64,000 nucleotides of DNA from IMG/VR virus record IMGVR_UViG_3300031857_000001; one strand, given 5' to 3'. Below, piece by piece: positions 19,859 through 29,840 of the stretch (positions within the stretch are counted from its first letter, which is position 1; every line of letters starts with the position of its first letter). Below the pieces are notes generated by a model. It did no database searches, was not told the origin of the DNA, and was given only the letters and a program-made list of their open reading frames with translations. The DNA is from a virus. Taxonomy: Duplodnaviria; Caudoviricetes. The position numbers were made by a program, and so were the translations under genes.

Positions 19859-20263
19859 ATGAATAAAATTATAAGATTGACAGAATCAGATTTGAAAAGA
19901 ATTATTGAGATGGTTACCGCTCAGATGAATGAAGGTATCATATATGAAGATGAATATGGAAGTGTGGTTGAGACAGACTTTGAATCTACCGATGTTTTAA
20001 ATGAAGCCGAGTATAAGGGTAGAAAAGTGCAACTTGGTAAAATCATGCAAGGTGATATTAAAAAGTTTAAAGTTTATGTTAAGAACGACAAAGGAAAAGT
20101 TGTTAAGGTAAACTTTGGATTTGGTGGTAAGTCGGCAAAAGGAAAAAGAATGACAATCAAGAAAAATAATCCTGAAAGAAGAAAATCTTTTAGAGCGAGA
20201 CACAATTGCGACAATCCTGGGCCAAGATGGAAACCAAGATATTGGGCTTGTAGAACTTGGTAA
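19859..20263 (+). CDS. Putative virion protein with conserved RKSFRARHNC...RYWAC domain
   Basis: N-terminus MNKIIRLTESDLKRIIE and a basic C-terminal domain common in T4-like aquatic phages. Confidence 0.75.
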   Translation: MNKIIRLTESDLKRIIEMVTAQMNEGIIYEDEYGSVVETDFESTDVLNEAEYKGRKVQLGKIMQGDIKKFKVYVKNDKGKVVKVNFGFGGKSAKGKRMTIKKNNPERRKSFRARHNCDNPGPRWKPRYWACRTW

Positions 20264-21271
20264 TTATTTATCGTATCTTTTACGGGCGTTTTCTGTTATG
20301 AAAACAAAATCAGAGTATTTGAATGACTCAAGATTTTTTGAATTGGTGTAAGACATTGCCGACCTCAAATAATCTTTAAAGTTTTCAGTCCAACCCATTA
20401 ATGTGTATTCGACTTTATTCATCCGATGGACACCCTCGGATGTTTTAATTTTACCTCTACCCCATTTTTTCTGTACTTCTTTTGTACTCATACCTCTAAA
20501 CTTTTTGTATAAATACTTTCTCATAAACGGATACTTTTCCCAAATTTTAATTGCTCGTTCTTTGGATAATTTAAACTTACCAAACAACAGAGTGTCTGAA
20601 CATGATTCCAAAGATTTATTCAACATACCTCCTAACATTACATAGTCAGCGCCCAAAGCGAGAGCTTTAATAATGTCATCGTAATTTCTGAAGCCTCCAT
20701 CTGCGACAATTTTAGAATTATAACCCCATTGTTTTTTAATTTCAAAACATTCCTTAATTAAGGATGCCATTGGATAATGGACACCAGTATTTGCCGATGT
20801 TAAACAACCACTACCACCACCGATACCAACACGAATATATTTTACACCAATCTCGGCGAATTTTTCATATGTTTTTGGGTTGGCAATATTACCAATCATT
20901 AATTCACCATATGGGTATTGTTCCATAAACTTTTTGGATAAATTGTATAGTTTTTCCATATGACCGTTGGCAATATCAACCAGTATTTTTGGTAGTACCG
21001 AACACTTGGTATTTATTAATTTCTCAAATTCATCTAATGATATCGATTTGAAACCTGTATAAGTTGGTTCCATTCCCCTTGGATAACATAGAACCATGTT
21101 TTCTTGCCAAAAATCGATAGAACTTGTGTAATCAATAACTGTATCCATTGGTGATACCATAAGGGGTAAATGTTTAGAATCTGTCAAAATATTAATCTCA
21201 CTACGAGACGAAATTGATGAGATGGTTTCAGGAACCAATGTGATATCTTTGAAATCGAACTTTTTATCCAT
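20264..21271 (-). CDS. guaC: GMP reductase / IMP dehydrogenase family protein
   Basis: FDFKDITLVP, VDIANGH, RVGIGGGSGCLT, IVADGG, KALALGADYVMLG, FRGMST and SEG. Confidence 0.88.
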   Translation of the reverse strand: MDKKFDFKDITLVPETISSISSRSEINILTDSKHLPLMVSPMDTVIDYTSSIDFWQENMVLCYPRGMEPTYTGFKSISLDEFEKLINTKCSVLPKILVDIANGHMEKLYNLSKKFMEQYPYGELMIGNIANPKTYEKFAEIGVKYIRVGIGGGSGCLTSANTGVHYPMASLIKECFEIKKQWGYNSKIVADGGFRNYDDIIKALALGADYVMLGGMLNKSLESCSDTLLFGKFKLSKERAIKIWEKYPFMRKYLYKKFRGMSTKEVQKKWGRGKIKTSEGVHRMNKVEYTLMGWTENFKDYLRSAMSYTNSKNLESFKYSDFVFITENARKRYDK

Positions 21272-21334
21272 ATTATTTGTTTAACACTAAAATATAAGTG
21301 AAAAATTATTATCGGTCAAAGAGTATTTATTGAT

Positions 21335-22336
21335 ATGTTAAGTGAAAAAGCGATAGATAGGATTAATGGTCTATTAAAAGATAATACTTTCAATTATACC
21401 GGGGAACTTATACAAAATTTAAACGGTAATATTAATTTCAAGATTGAGTTATTGGGTTATAGAAATATGATAAGAGTTGGTGAGCCATACCCACACATGA
21501 GGGTAAAAATAACTATTACCGATATCAAAGATAGAGTTAGTAGACTTGTCCTTTTACAACTTAGAAAAGTAGAAAAGGAAGATATATTACGTCATTTAGA
21601 TAGAAATATGTGGACGTTCAAACGTGGAGTTCAAAATTACTTATCTTCGGTGCTCCAATTCTTCGACACAGAAAATTATGAAAATGTTGTTATTGATGAA
21701 TTTGTTTTTGATTATGATATTGACGAGGATGAACTTTTAAGAGAACAAAAAGTACCCAATTTGGCGGTTAGAACTGTAATTAGAGATATTGTAACGGTTT
21801 TAAAATCAGGTAAAACAGATGAAATTATGTTACCTTATGACTTAAATGGTCAAGAAAGTTATGAGATAATGAATTTTCCTGAGTTTGATGTTTTTTTAGA
21901 CATAAGACAGGTCGATTTTGAAGAAATTAAGTCAGGTGCTGACTTTTTTATACAGTCAAGTTACGTTTCTGAAGGACAACAATTACAAATTTTAATTCAG
22001 TATGTACCTGAGAGGCTACAAAAATCATTACATTCTATAGTTGGAAATCTTAATGACGATATCGCACATGAATTACAGCATTTAAGACAGGATGTTGAGG
22101 GTAGACTTGATATTACTGATTATAGAGGTTCTAATGTTGGATATTTTTTACAACCGAACGAAATTGAATCACAATATAGGGGACTCAAAAGAAAATCAAA
22201 AATTATGGGATTACCTATGATTGATGTTGTTGATGATTGGTTTGAAAATAACTCAAAAAGATTTAGATTATCTGATAAAGATGTTGCAAAGATAAAATCT
22301 GCAATTATGAAATATCCTAAGAAGAAAATCTCTTAA
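21335..22336 (+). CDS. Late protein with C-terminal HExxH zincin-like domain
   Basis: LLREQ linker motif, IAHELQHLRQ and YFLQPNEIESQ. TATTTAT lies 4 nt upstream. Confidence 0.75.
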   Translation: MLSEKAIDRINGLLKDNTFNYTGELIQNLNGNINFKIELLGYRNMIRVGEPYPHMRVKITITDIKDRVSRLVLLQLRKVEKEDILRHLDRNMWTFKRGVQNYLSSVLQFFDTENYENVVIDEFVFDYDIDEDELLREQKVPNLAVRTVIRDIVTVLKSGKTDEIMLPYDLNGQESYEIMNFPEFDVFLDIRQVDFEEIKSGADFFIQSSYVSEGQQLQILIQYVPERLQKSLHSIVGNLNDDIAHELQHLRQDVEGRLDITDYRGSNVGYFLQPNEIESQYRGLKRKSKIMGLPMIDVVDDWFENNSKRFRLSDKDVAKIKSAIMKYPKKKIS

Positions 22337-22946
22337 TTATTTTACTAATTGAATTTCTAAGTCCTATTGAAGATACAGTTAGTAGTCCAGAAGTTAACAA
22401 TCTATCTGAAATTTCTTTTACAGTAGAACTGTCAATTTCACCACTTGTTGCATATTGAGCTAAATAAAATAAAATCGGAGCTAAAAAAGCGTAAGACATT
22501 AAGTTTGTCACTTTATATAAATGTAGATTTAGGCTTTCCATGAAACTTATAAAGGCATCCTTAAATTCCTGACTTTTATATAATGCCATTTTGAATGGTT
22601 CCTCTAAACCTTTTTCTTTAATAACCTCAATAATTTTTTTAACTTTTGATTTGTTGTCTTGGAAATATATTGCAATAACTCCAAGTAAAACTATACTTAA
22701 TTCCGCGTCAGATAGTCCCGAATAGTTACCACGTATAAATCTTGATAAAGGTTCAATTAAACCACCAATAGTTGCTCCCCACGATATCAAAATATTAAAA
22801 TGACCCCCAAATTCTTTTGAAGTTTCCTCAATAATATTTTTAACAGTTTCGTAATTAGTTTTTAAAACACCAATCAATTCATCGGCGATTGATTCAGTGA
22901 TTAAAACTTTTTTTTGACTTTCGTTTATTACTACAGTTAATTTCAT
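22317..22946 (-). CDS. Putative virion protein with hydrophobic segments
   Basis: Likely start MKLTVVINESQKKVLITES at 22946, after a minus-strand TATTTAT. Confidence 0.7.
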   Translation of the reverse strand: MKLTVVINESQKKVLITESIADELIGVLKTNYETVKNIIEETSKEFGGHFNILISWGATIGGLIEPLSRFIRGNYSGLSDAELSIVLLGVIAIYFQDNKSKVKKIIEVIKEKGLEEPFKMALYKSQEFKDAFISFMESLNLHLYKVTNLMSYAFLAPILFYLAQYATSGEIDSSTVKEISDRLLTSGLLTVSSIGLRNSISKIIKRFSS

Positions 22947-22990
22947 ACAATAATAAATACTTGAAATATATTTATTGTTAAAGTCAAAAT

Positions 22991-23593
22991 ATGATAAATC
23001 CAAAATTAAAGGTGGGAGATAGGGTCCAAATATTACATATGGAGGATGAAATGGATATAATCCCCATGGGGACGTGGGGAACTGTGGAGAGAGTTTCTAA
23101 TGTAATGGATGAGGACATTTATGGTGTTAAATGGGATAATGGTAAAACTTTAAACATTTTGTCAACTACAGATGTTTGGGACACCGAAGAAAATAGAGGT
23201 AAATTCAAAAAGAAAAAAATAACCGAATCAGGTGAAATTGAAAGACACAACGCTTTGTACGGTAATTTGGATGTGTTTGCCAATTTTAAAATGAGATACT
23301 TAAACGAGTATTTAAGAAAAGTTAGAGAGTGTGGTGCGGTAAATATGTTTACCGCAGCTTCATTTCTTTACATGGGAAGAGACCGAATGGAACATATGTT
23401 TGCTTATCAGGATATTGACAGTGAAATATGTGAAGAGGTTTTGGATATGGCAAACATGGCACAACATGAAATGGTGTCAGGGGTTATTAAGGTTTTAGAA
23501 AGCGAAGGTAAAGAAGTTGAGTTGAATAAAATTAATAGATATCTCCAAAGATATTCTCAAAAAGTTTTAGATAGTTACATGCATCTATTCTGA
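22991..23593 (+). CDS. Hypothetical late protein (SH3-like N-terminus)
   Basis: LKVGDRV...GTWGTV...GVKWDNG, ITES linker and VRECGAVNMF. Confidence 0.7.
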   Translation: MINPKLKVGDRVQILHMEDEMDIIPMGTWGTVERVSNVMDEDIYGVKWDNGKTLNILSTTDVWDTEENRGKFKKKKITESGEIERHNALYGNLDVFANFKMRYLNEYLRKVRECGAVNMFTAASFLYMGRDRMEHMFAYQDIDSEICEEVLDMANMAQHEMVSGVIKVLESEGKEVELNKINRYLQRYSQKVLDSYMHLF

Positions 23594-23872
23594 GTAATAA
23601 GATATTTTATCATTATCAGGAATAGGAGTTATATTTAAATCTAAAAAAACAGGATTTTGTTCTCCGGCGTAAAGACCCAAAATATTATAGTCATAAAATT
23701 CTTCAGCTTCGCTCATAGTCATACCATCTCTGACCATTAAAATATTCAAAATTTTTTCTTTTGAATATAAAATTCTTCTACCGTTAAAATCCTCAACAAT
23801 ACCAATAATCGCATTATCTAAATCTGAAAGTAAGACAGCACCTTCAGCGTATTCATTAATATCTACTATCAT
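23585..23872 (-). CDS. Hypothetical phage protein
   Basis: DLDNAIIG...EAEEFYDYNILGLYAGEQNPVF. Confidence 0.7.
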   Translation of the reverse strand: MIVDINEYAEGAVLLSDLDNAIIGIVEDFNGRRILYSKEKILNILMVRDGMTMSEAEEFYDYNILGLYAGEQNPVFLDLNITPIPDNDKISYYSE

Positions 23873-24366
23873 TTTTTTATATATTCGTTAAAATCAATCG
23901 CCGTGTTATCCTTATCACTTATAATTAATTGGTGGTTACCAAGTAATGACTCAACTCTTTTTCTAACTCCCGGTATACTAGTCCAATGAATTGATACTTC
24001 ATGTTCTTTTGAATAAATCTCATCAACAAAATAACTAACTATGGTACCTGATTCTAATGTTAAAAATCCGTGAGCGTAATTTTTTGGGACAAATAAACTT
24101 TCACCTTCGGATAATTCATAAACTTCAACTTCACCTACATTTTCTCCGGTCAAACTAACAATAATATCAACAATTTTACCTTTAATAACAGTAACATGTT
24201 TAGATTGTCTTCGTGGTCCTACCTGAAAATGTAACCCTCTCCATGTAAATGGATTATCATTAATACTTAAATTAGATTGAATCCAATTGTCTTCTAACTT
24301 AGTTGGAACAAATGACCCTCTATTATCTTTATAAATTGGTTGAGTAGATTTTTTTGGAGTTTTCAT
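23869..24366 (-). CDS. rmlC: dTDP-4-dehydrorhamnose 3,5-epimerase
   Basis: DNRGSF, RGLHFQ, QSK.V.VIKG.I.D and LFVPKNYAHGFLTL. Confidence 0.9.
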   Translation of the reverse strand: MKTPKKSTQPIYKDNRGSFVPTKLEDNWIQSNLSINDNPFTWRGLHFQVGPRRQSKHVTVIKGKIVDIIVSLTGENVGEVEVYELSEGESLFVPKNYAHGFLTLESGTIVSYFVDEIYSKEHEVSIHWTSIPGVRKRVESLLGNHQLIISDKDNTAIDFNEYIKK

Positions 24367-24426
24367 GTATAAAATATAAAAAATAATTTCACATCAATCA
24401 ATATATTTATTTAGAAAAACAAAACT

Positions 24427-24951
24427 ATGAATTCATATTTCTTTAAAATGACTCAAGCCGAGAAAAACAATATTCTTGACCAACATAAAACAATTTATGA
24501 TGGGTTTGCAACTCAATACGGTCAACCAAATGAACAACCATTATATGTTCAAGATTTTGCTAATGATAAAGCCGGTATCACAGTTAGTAACAAAGGTGAT
24601 GTAAAATCATATACAAACATGAAAATTAATGAGGATGTGTTTACAGGTTCTGCAGTTGAATCTGAGGAAACATTTGAAGATGAAGAATTCATGGTAAGTG
24701 TTGGTGAACAGTTGGATATGATTGGTGACGGCTCTGAGGATTTAGACCACGGCACATTTGAGGATGATGAAACGGAGATGTTGGTAAGTCCTGAAGGTGA
24801 AATAGACATATTTGTTGATGATAATAAAGATGATTTTGATGAAATTGATTTGGAAAAAATGTTTGAGGAGATAGATGAGGATATTGTTGAACCTTTACAA
24901 GAGCAGATTAACAAAACTCTTGACATGTTTAAGAGATTTAAAAAATATTAA
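24427..24951 (+). CDS. Acidic late protein
   Basis: TATTTAT upstream, KINE motif, ends LQEQINKTLDMFKRF. Confidence 0.7.
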   Translation: MNSYFFKMTQAEKNNILDQHKTIYDGFATQYGQPNEQPLYVQDFANDKAGITVSNKGDVKSYTNMKINEDVFTGSAVESEETFEDEEFMVSVGEQLDMIGDGSEDLDHGTFEDDETEMLVSPEGEIDIFVDDNKDDFDEIDLEKMFEEIDEDIVEPLQEQINKTLDMFKRFKKY

Positions 24952-24956
24952 ATGTT

Positions 24957-25295
24957 ATGCAGATTAAAGATTTAGTTTCATTTTATGTGAATGAATCATC
25001 CCACACTTTAGATGTGACATTTAGGATTGATTCTGATTTGGATGATGAGGTTAGAACAGACCAAATAGGGTTTGATGAAATTAAAGGATTCGGGTATAAT
25101 TTTCTTGATGACAAAATAGATGTTTATAAAACTCTATTTGAAGACGAATCATTTGATGACGAAGAAGACTTCAACGCAGATGACTTTGAGGATATTTTTT
25201 CTGAAGGTGAAATTGACGAACAAGAAGTAATATCTTTTTTAGAAGAATATTATTTAATTTACAGTACAAGATTACCTGATACAGAAATTTATTAA
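24957..25295 (+). CDS. Acidic hypothetical protein
   Basis: 112-aa ORF co-transcribed with the previous gene. Confidence 0.7.
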   Translation: MQIKDLVSFYVNESSHTLDVTFRIDSDLDDEVRTDQIGFDEIKGFGYNFLDDKIDVYKTLFEDESFDDEEDFNADDFEDIFSEGEIDEQEVISFLEEYYLIYSTRLPDTEIY

Positions 25296-25798
25296 GGTCC
25301 AATTCTTGTTAAATGTAACGTCATCGAGGATTGTTGCCAAATATTGGGAAACACCCATTGACCTGTAGTTCTAAATGTTAGACTTTCTGCGGAATCATCT
25401 ACAACTTTTAAAACTAATTTTCTTTCCATCAAATTAATGTCAATGTATCCCAAGTCATATTGATTGTAAGCCGGTACCAAACTATAGAAATATTGTTCGG
25501 ACCATTCTAATTGACCTACGGGGTTTACATAAGGTAAAAAAGAAACCACACTATAATCAAAATGCCATTTGGTATGACCCACATGTATGTAATTTAGAGG
25601 AAAACTATCGGTTTCATTTACAAAAACATCGCCAGGTAGATATGTAGTATCTGACCCAGTGTTAGGGCCCTCAGTAATATTAACAACTATTTTATCGATG
25701 ATGTATTCACCACTTAGACTAACTAATGAAGGCTCTTCGTATCTATAACAAGATACTAATACACTTGATAATATAAAAATCAAAAATATGTTTCTCAT
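25292..25798 (-). CDS. Putative lipoprotein
   Basis: Signal peptide with LVSC lipobox. Confidence 0.7.
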   Translation of the reverse strand: MRNIFLIFILSSVLVSCYRYEEPSLVSLSGEYIIDKIVVNITEGPNTGSDTTYLPGDVFVNETDSFPLNYIHVGHTKWHFDYSVVSFLPYVNPVGQLEWSEQYFYSLVPAYNQYDLGYIDINLMERKLVLKVVDDSAESLTFRTTGQWVFPNIWQQSSMTLHLTRIGP

Positions 25799-25854
25799 AA
25801 TAGTAATATTTTACAAATATAGGAAATTTTTGAATAACAAAATATTTATTTTAT

Positions 25855-26103
25855 ATGAAAAACGATATTGATTCAATCATTTCTCTGATGAAATCGTTTA
25901 CTCCGTCATCAGATAAAGAAGAAATGGGAGAACAGGACGCTGCAGCACCTGCCTCGGGAGGTGGAGGAGCTAAGCCGGCGTATCCTACGGTAACAAAATG
26001 GGAAAGTGGTGTTGCAAGAACAGGGCCTGCTAATCAAATAGGACTTACAAAGTGGAGTGAAATTGTTAAATTAACAAGAGGTAAGGCTAATACTTTATTA
26101 TGA
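25855..26103 (+). CDS. Small late protein
   Basis: TATTTAT upstream, KWESGVARTGPANQI. Confidence 0.7.
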   Translation: MKNDIDSIISLMKSFTPSSDKEEMGEQDAAAPASGGGGAKPAYPTVTKWESGVARTGPANQIGLTKWSEIVKLTRGKANTLL

Positions 26104-26143
26104 ATTTATTATAAGTAAGATATATTTATTAAAAAACTAAATC

Positions 26144-27154
26144 ATGGATAATAAGAGAAAAATCGGAGAAGAAGAATTAAAAAGAGCTCTTCTCATGATG
26201 AAATACGACAGTAAAAAAACATTAACCGAAAATGTACAAGAAGTTGGAAAACCACAAATTTTAAATGAATGGGGGTTTTTATTACCGGCTTTAGGAAGAT
26301 TAGGGGCTTCACTATTAGGAAAAAAAGCCGCCACTACGGCAGCTGGCACTGCGGTAAAACGAGGTTTAGGAGCTAGAGCCGCAGGTTTTGCAATAGATAC
26401 CGCAGCATTTACATTACTCACATCTTGGATTAGTTCACTAATGGGAGGTGGAGACGCGGAACAAAAACTCAAAATGTTTTTTGAAGGTTGCCCAACTCAC
26501 ATGGGAAAAATACAAGGTACCAATAGTCAAGAAGAAATAAGAAAGGCTGCCGATACAATTTGGGAAAATTCTGAAGGTGAGGATTGGTACGAAGGATTCG
26601 GTTCTGGAAATGAAGAAAACATTAAAAAGGCCATTAAATCTATGAATACTATTTCCGATATTTGCGCATTAAGTGGTGTGTTTTATGATGTATATGGAAC
26701 TACTTTAGAGGATGCACTTACGGGTGAGGCTACGGGGTCTGACTTGGTTTCATACGTATGGGTTCCTATAAATGATAAAGTTAAAGAATCCGATTCTCAA
26801 TTATCGGAATTACAACAACAAAATGCACAAGATGGTGCAACAGGTGAAACCCAAGATGGAGGAACAGGTGAAGCTCAAAATGCGCCTGCAATAGGTAGTT
26901 ATACACCATGTAGTGGTACTTACACAAGAGGATGTTATTCTGAGGCAATTAAAGAGGTTCAAACATGTTTAGGAGGTTTAGTTCCTGATGGTAAATTTGG
27001 GCCTAAAACACAGGCGGCGTTAGACGGAGTTGGTTTTGGTAGTGGATTTAAGGATTCTGATGTTTCCAAAATTTGTAACGTATCATCAATGCCTGAACCT
27101 GATATGGATTTACCGACACCTGATGAAGATGACATTGATTCATTGAATATTTAA
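26144..27154 (+). CDS. Putative virion protein with C-terminal peptidoglycan-binding domain
   Basis: KTLTE and ILNE motifs, a hydrophobic segment and IKEVQTCL...DGKFGPKTQAAL. Confidence 0.75.
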   Translation: MDNKRKIGEEELKRALLMMKYDSKKTLTENVQEVGKPQILNEWGFLLPALGRLGASLLGKKAATTAAGTAVKRGLGARAAGFAIDTAAFTLLTSWISSLMGGGDAEQKLKMFFEGCPTHMGKIQGTNSQEEIRKAADTIWENSEGEDWYEGFGSGNEENIKKAIKSMNTISDICALSGVFYDVYGTTLEDALTGEATGSDLVSYVWVPINDKVKESDSQLSELQQQNAQDGATGETQDGGTGEAQNAPAIGSYTPCSGTYTRGCYSEAIKEVQTCLGGLVPDGKFGPKTQAALDGVGFGSGFKDSDVSKICNVSSMPEPDMDLPTPDEDDIDSLNI

Positions 27155-27167
27155 AAAATTTAACCGA

Positions 27168-28850
27168 ATGAAAAAAAGAAATATTATAACGGAACAATCC
27201 GCTGTCATGGATGACAGAACAAAACTAAAAACCGCTGCCGAAAATGGATGCTATCCTAAATGGTTAAAAAATGGAAGATTAGGTAACTATAAAGGTAAAA
27301 AAGTTTGGTATGGCACAAACGATAAAGGAAATACCGTTATCTTCTATGCGGATATGACCGCAGAAGTTAAGTTCAAAGATACAGATAAACCTTCTAAAAC
27401 TGGAAAATGGAAATGTCAGGCATTAGAACAAACAGTTGGTGTGGAAACTCCAATGGAACAATTCACTCCTGACCAACAAAAATACATTGAAGATTTGGTT
27501 AAATATGAAGGTGTTGTTAGAGAAAAACCATCTGACTATGAAACAAATCAAGGAAAATATGAGGTCATAGATTTAAATTCCAAAAACCCAACTTTATTCC
27601 CTAAAGTCGGAGTTGCGATGGTTTATAAACAAAAGGGCGAAATTAATATTGATAAACCACAACAAGACCAAATAATTCAATCTTACAAAGATAGAGGGTA
27701 TCAAATTGAAAGACCACCAGCAACTGAAAGTTTATTTTGGAACTCAATTGAATTAAGAACCGCTGAAGATGGTAAATACTCAGAATATTTTTCAAAACCA
27801 TTTTTCATGTATCAGAGAGTCCAAGATACAAAACTTGCGGACGAAGACGTTAAGCAAGTTGAAATTGATAGTCAAAGTCAAGATGTTGAAAAATCTTTAT
27901 GTAGACAATATATTCAATCTTTATACACTCACATGTCCCAAAACAAAGCCATGGAAGACACTATGAAGAATAACATGAAGATTTATGTTAGAAGATGTGC
28001 CGCTCAAGATAAAATTCCGATGTTTGCTAAGAGTAAATATGAGGAATTATATGGTTTGAACCCTTATAGAAATTCTTATAGTTTGAGATGTCCGGCAGGA
28101 TACAAATTAAATGAATTAAAAGTTTGTATGCCGGTTAAGGGAAAAAATGAAAGCATCGAACAAAAAGAAGTTATTGATAGTTACGAGATTGATTTGAAAA
28201 AATCAATTAAAGAAGGACTTAAAAACTATAAAGGTCCAAAAAAAAAAGTTAACGAGAACGAAACCAAAATAATTAAAAACAGAATTAAATTCATAACTGA
28301 GGACATAAATTTAGACTCAGTTGAGAACCAAAAAAAGGTGGGTTCAGAATTATTCGAGGAAGTTATGTACCTTCGTTCACAAGGTTTTAATTCTCCATTA
28401 TTAAATGAAAGTTTATTTGACTTTTTAGGTGGAGTTTTAGGACACTCAACTGAAGGAGTAAGTCAGTTCTTTAAAGAGAAATTAGTAGATAAAGTTCTAT
28501 CAATATTAGGGGTAAATCCTGATAGCTGGGTTGGAGGAGTGGTATCAACAACTATTGGTAACTTAGCGTTAAGTGACATTCCTAAAGTATTTAGTGATTG
28601 TAGTTTTACAACAAAATTATTATCAAAATCAATCGCCGAAGAAGCCGTTAACCAAGTTAGATTAGGTGTTGGAGTATCTGGAGGTTTCTATGATATTCTT
28701 TCAAATACTTTAGTTGATATGATTGAAAAAGGTGATTTCGCCCAATCAGTCGAAGAAAAATTAGCAGAATCAATTTGTCCTATGTTATCTGATGTTAGAC
28801 AAAAATTTACTGATACAGAACAAGGTTTAAAGGACAAAGTTTTTTCTTAA
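27168..28850 (+). CDS. Large hypothetical late protein
   Basis: 560-aa ORF with IITE, VNE, FITE and LLNE motifs. Confidence 0.8.
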   Translation: MKKRNIITEQSAVMDDRTKLKTAAENGCYPKWLKNGRLGNYKGKKVWYGTNDKGNTVIFYADMTAEVKFKDTDKPSKTGKWKCQALEQTVGVETPMEQFTPDQQKYIEDLVKYEGVVREKPSDYETNQGKYEVIDLNSKNPTLFPKVGVAMVYKQKGEINIDKPQQDQIIQSYKDRGYQIERPPATESLFWNSIELRTAEDGKYSEYFSKPFFMYQRVQDTKLADEDVKQVEIDSQSQDVEKSLCRQYIQSLYTHMSQNKAMEDTMKNNMKIYVRRCAAQDKIPMFAKSKYEELYGLNPYRNSYSLRCPAGYKLNELKVCMPVKGKNESIEQKEVIDSYEIDLKKSIKEGLKNYKGPKKKVNENETKIIKNRIKFITEDINLDSVENQKKVGSELFEEVMYLRSQGFNSPLLNESLFDFLGGVLGHSTEGVSQFFKEKLVDKVLSILGVNPDSWVGGVVSTTIGNLALSDIPKVFSDCSFTTKLLSKSIAEEAVNQVRLGVGVSGGFYDILSNTLVDMIEKGDFAQSVEEKLAESICPMLSDVRQKFTDTEQGLKDKVFS

Positions 28851-28918
28851 GAAACCTAGCAGAGTAGTTTCTGCAATGGGATAAACCACTAAAAGAAAGG
28901 GGGTATTCCAAATCTAAC

Positions 28919-28944
28919 AAAAGGGTGTCGAGAGACACCTTTTT
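28919..28944. terminator. Bidirectional terminator
   Basis: AAAAGGGTGTC-GAGA-GACACCTTTTT. Confidence 0.8.
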
Positions 28945-28947
28945 GTT

Positions 28948-29439
28948 TTATATGAAGGATTTTCTAAATTCTTCCCATACAAACTCAACTTGAGGATTTA
29001 CAACGTCTGAAAATATTGTCGGTTCATATGGTTTTTTGAGTAATTTCATTCCGGCTTCATCCGGTGTTTTATTGTCCTTTGTTCTGTTACATGAAGAACA
29101 ACAAGTAACAAGATTTAACCAAGTATTTTGTCCACCTCGTGATTTAGGAATAACATGGTCAACAGTTAAATTTCTTTTACTACCACAATAAACACATTGA
29201 TAATCATCCCGCCTAAAAAGTCTATGACGATTAATTTTTAATTTGTGATATCTGAATTTAACATAATTGAAAAGGCGTATAATAAGAGGTCGAACAAATG
29301 ACCTTAAACCTGCCATAATTGGCTGGTCGTGAGACTTTAATATCTCCGCCTTACCCTTATTAACCAAATTAAAACCTTTAAAAACGGTTGTTACGTTAAT
29401 GGGGGTGTAGTCCGAATTTAGTACTAATACCTTTTCCAT
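28948..29439 (-). CDS. HNH endonuclease (McrA-like)
   Basis: VLVLNSDY.P, RDDYQCVYCG...LTVDHVIPKSRGG..W.NLVTCC..CN..K. Confidence 0.9.
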   Translation of the reverse strand: MEKVLVLNSDYTPINVTTVFKGFNLVNKGKAEILKSHDQPIMAGLRSFVRPLIIRLFNYVKFRYHKLKINRHRLFRRDDYQCVYCGSKRNLTVDHVIPKSRGGQNTWLNLVTCCSSCNRTKDNKTPDEAGMKLLKKPYEPTIFSDVVNPQVEFVWEEFRKSFI

Positions 29440-29557
29440 CTATTTATTCAATATCTCAAATATACAAAATTTTAATCACATAAAAAATAACATGTGAAAA
29501 AATAATTTATTTGGTTATTTGGAAAATGTTCGTATATTTGTGGTGTGAATAACATAT

Positions 29558-29840
29558 GTCTCCGTAGCTCAGTAGGATAGAGCAACAGCCTCAAAGGGGG
29601 CGTCTGATTAGAAATAATCAGATGGAACTTCTCGAATTCGGTGAAACCTTCCGAGTAATGTCGATGGTAATACCGAGCCAAACCTCAGAAATGAGGAAGT
29701 GTGTAGAGACTAAGTGGGAAGCACCTAAACAAATTAAGTTGAAGGTGATGATATAGTCCAGACCACAAACCGAAAGGGTAGTGAAAACTATAGTGGTATG
29801 TCTAAGCTGTGGGCCACAGGTTCGAATCCTGTCGGGGATA
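29558..29840 (+). tRNA. tRNA-Arg(UCU) interrupted by a group I intron after U33
   Basis: Exon 1 is 29558-29591 (GTCTCCG..ACAGCCT) and exon 2 is 29801-29840 (TCTAAGCTGT..TTCGAAT..CGGGGATA). Joined, they give a canonical cloverleaf with loop CT-TCT-AA. Confidence 0.92.
29592..29800 (+). mobile_element. Group I self-splicing intron (209 nt, no ORF)
   Basis: The 5' splice site follows U, with P1 GCCU|C paired to GGGGC (U.G wobble), and the intron ends in G. Core elements: P GAATTCGGTGAAA, Q AATACCGAGCC, R GTAGAGACTA and S GATATAGTCC. Confidence 0.9.
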
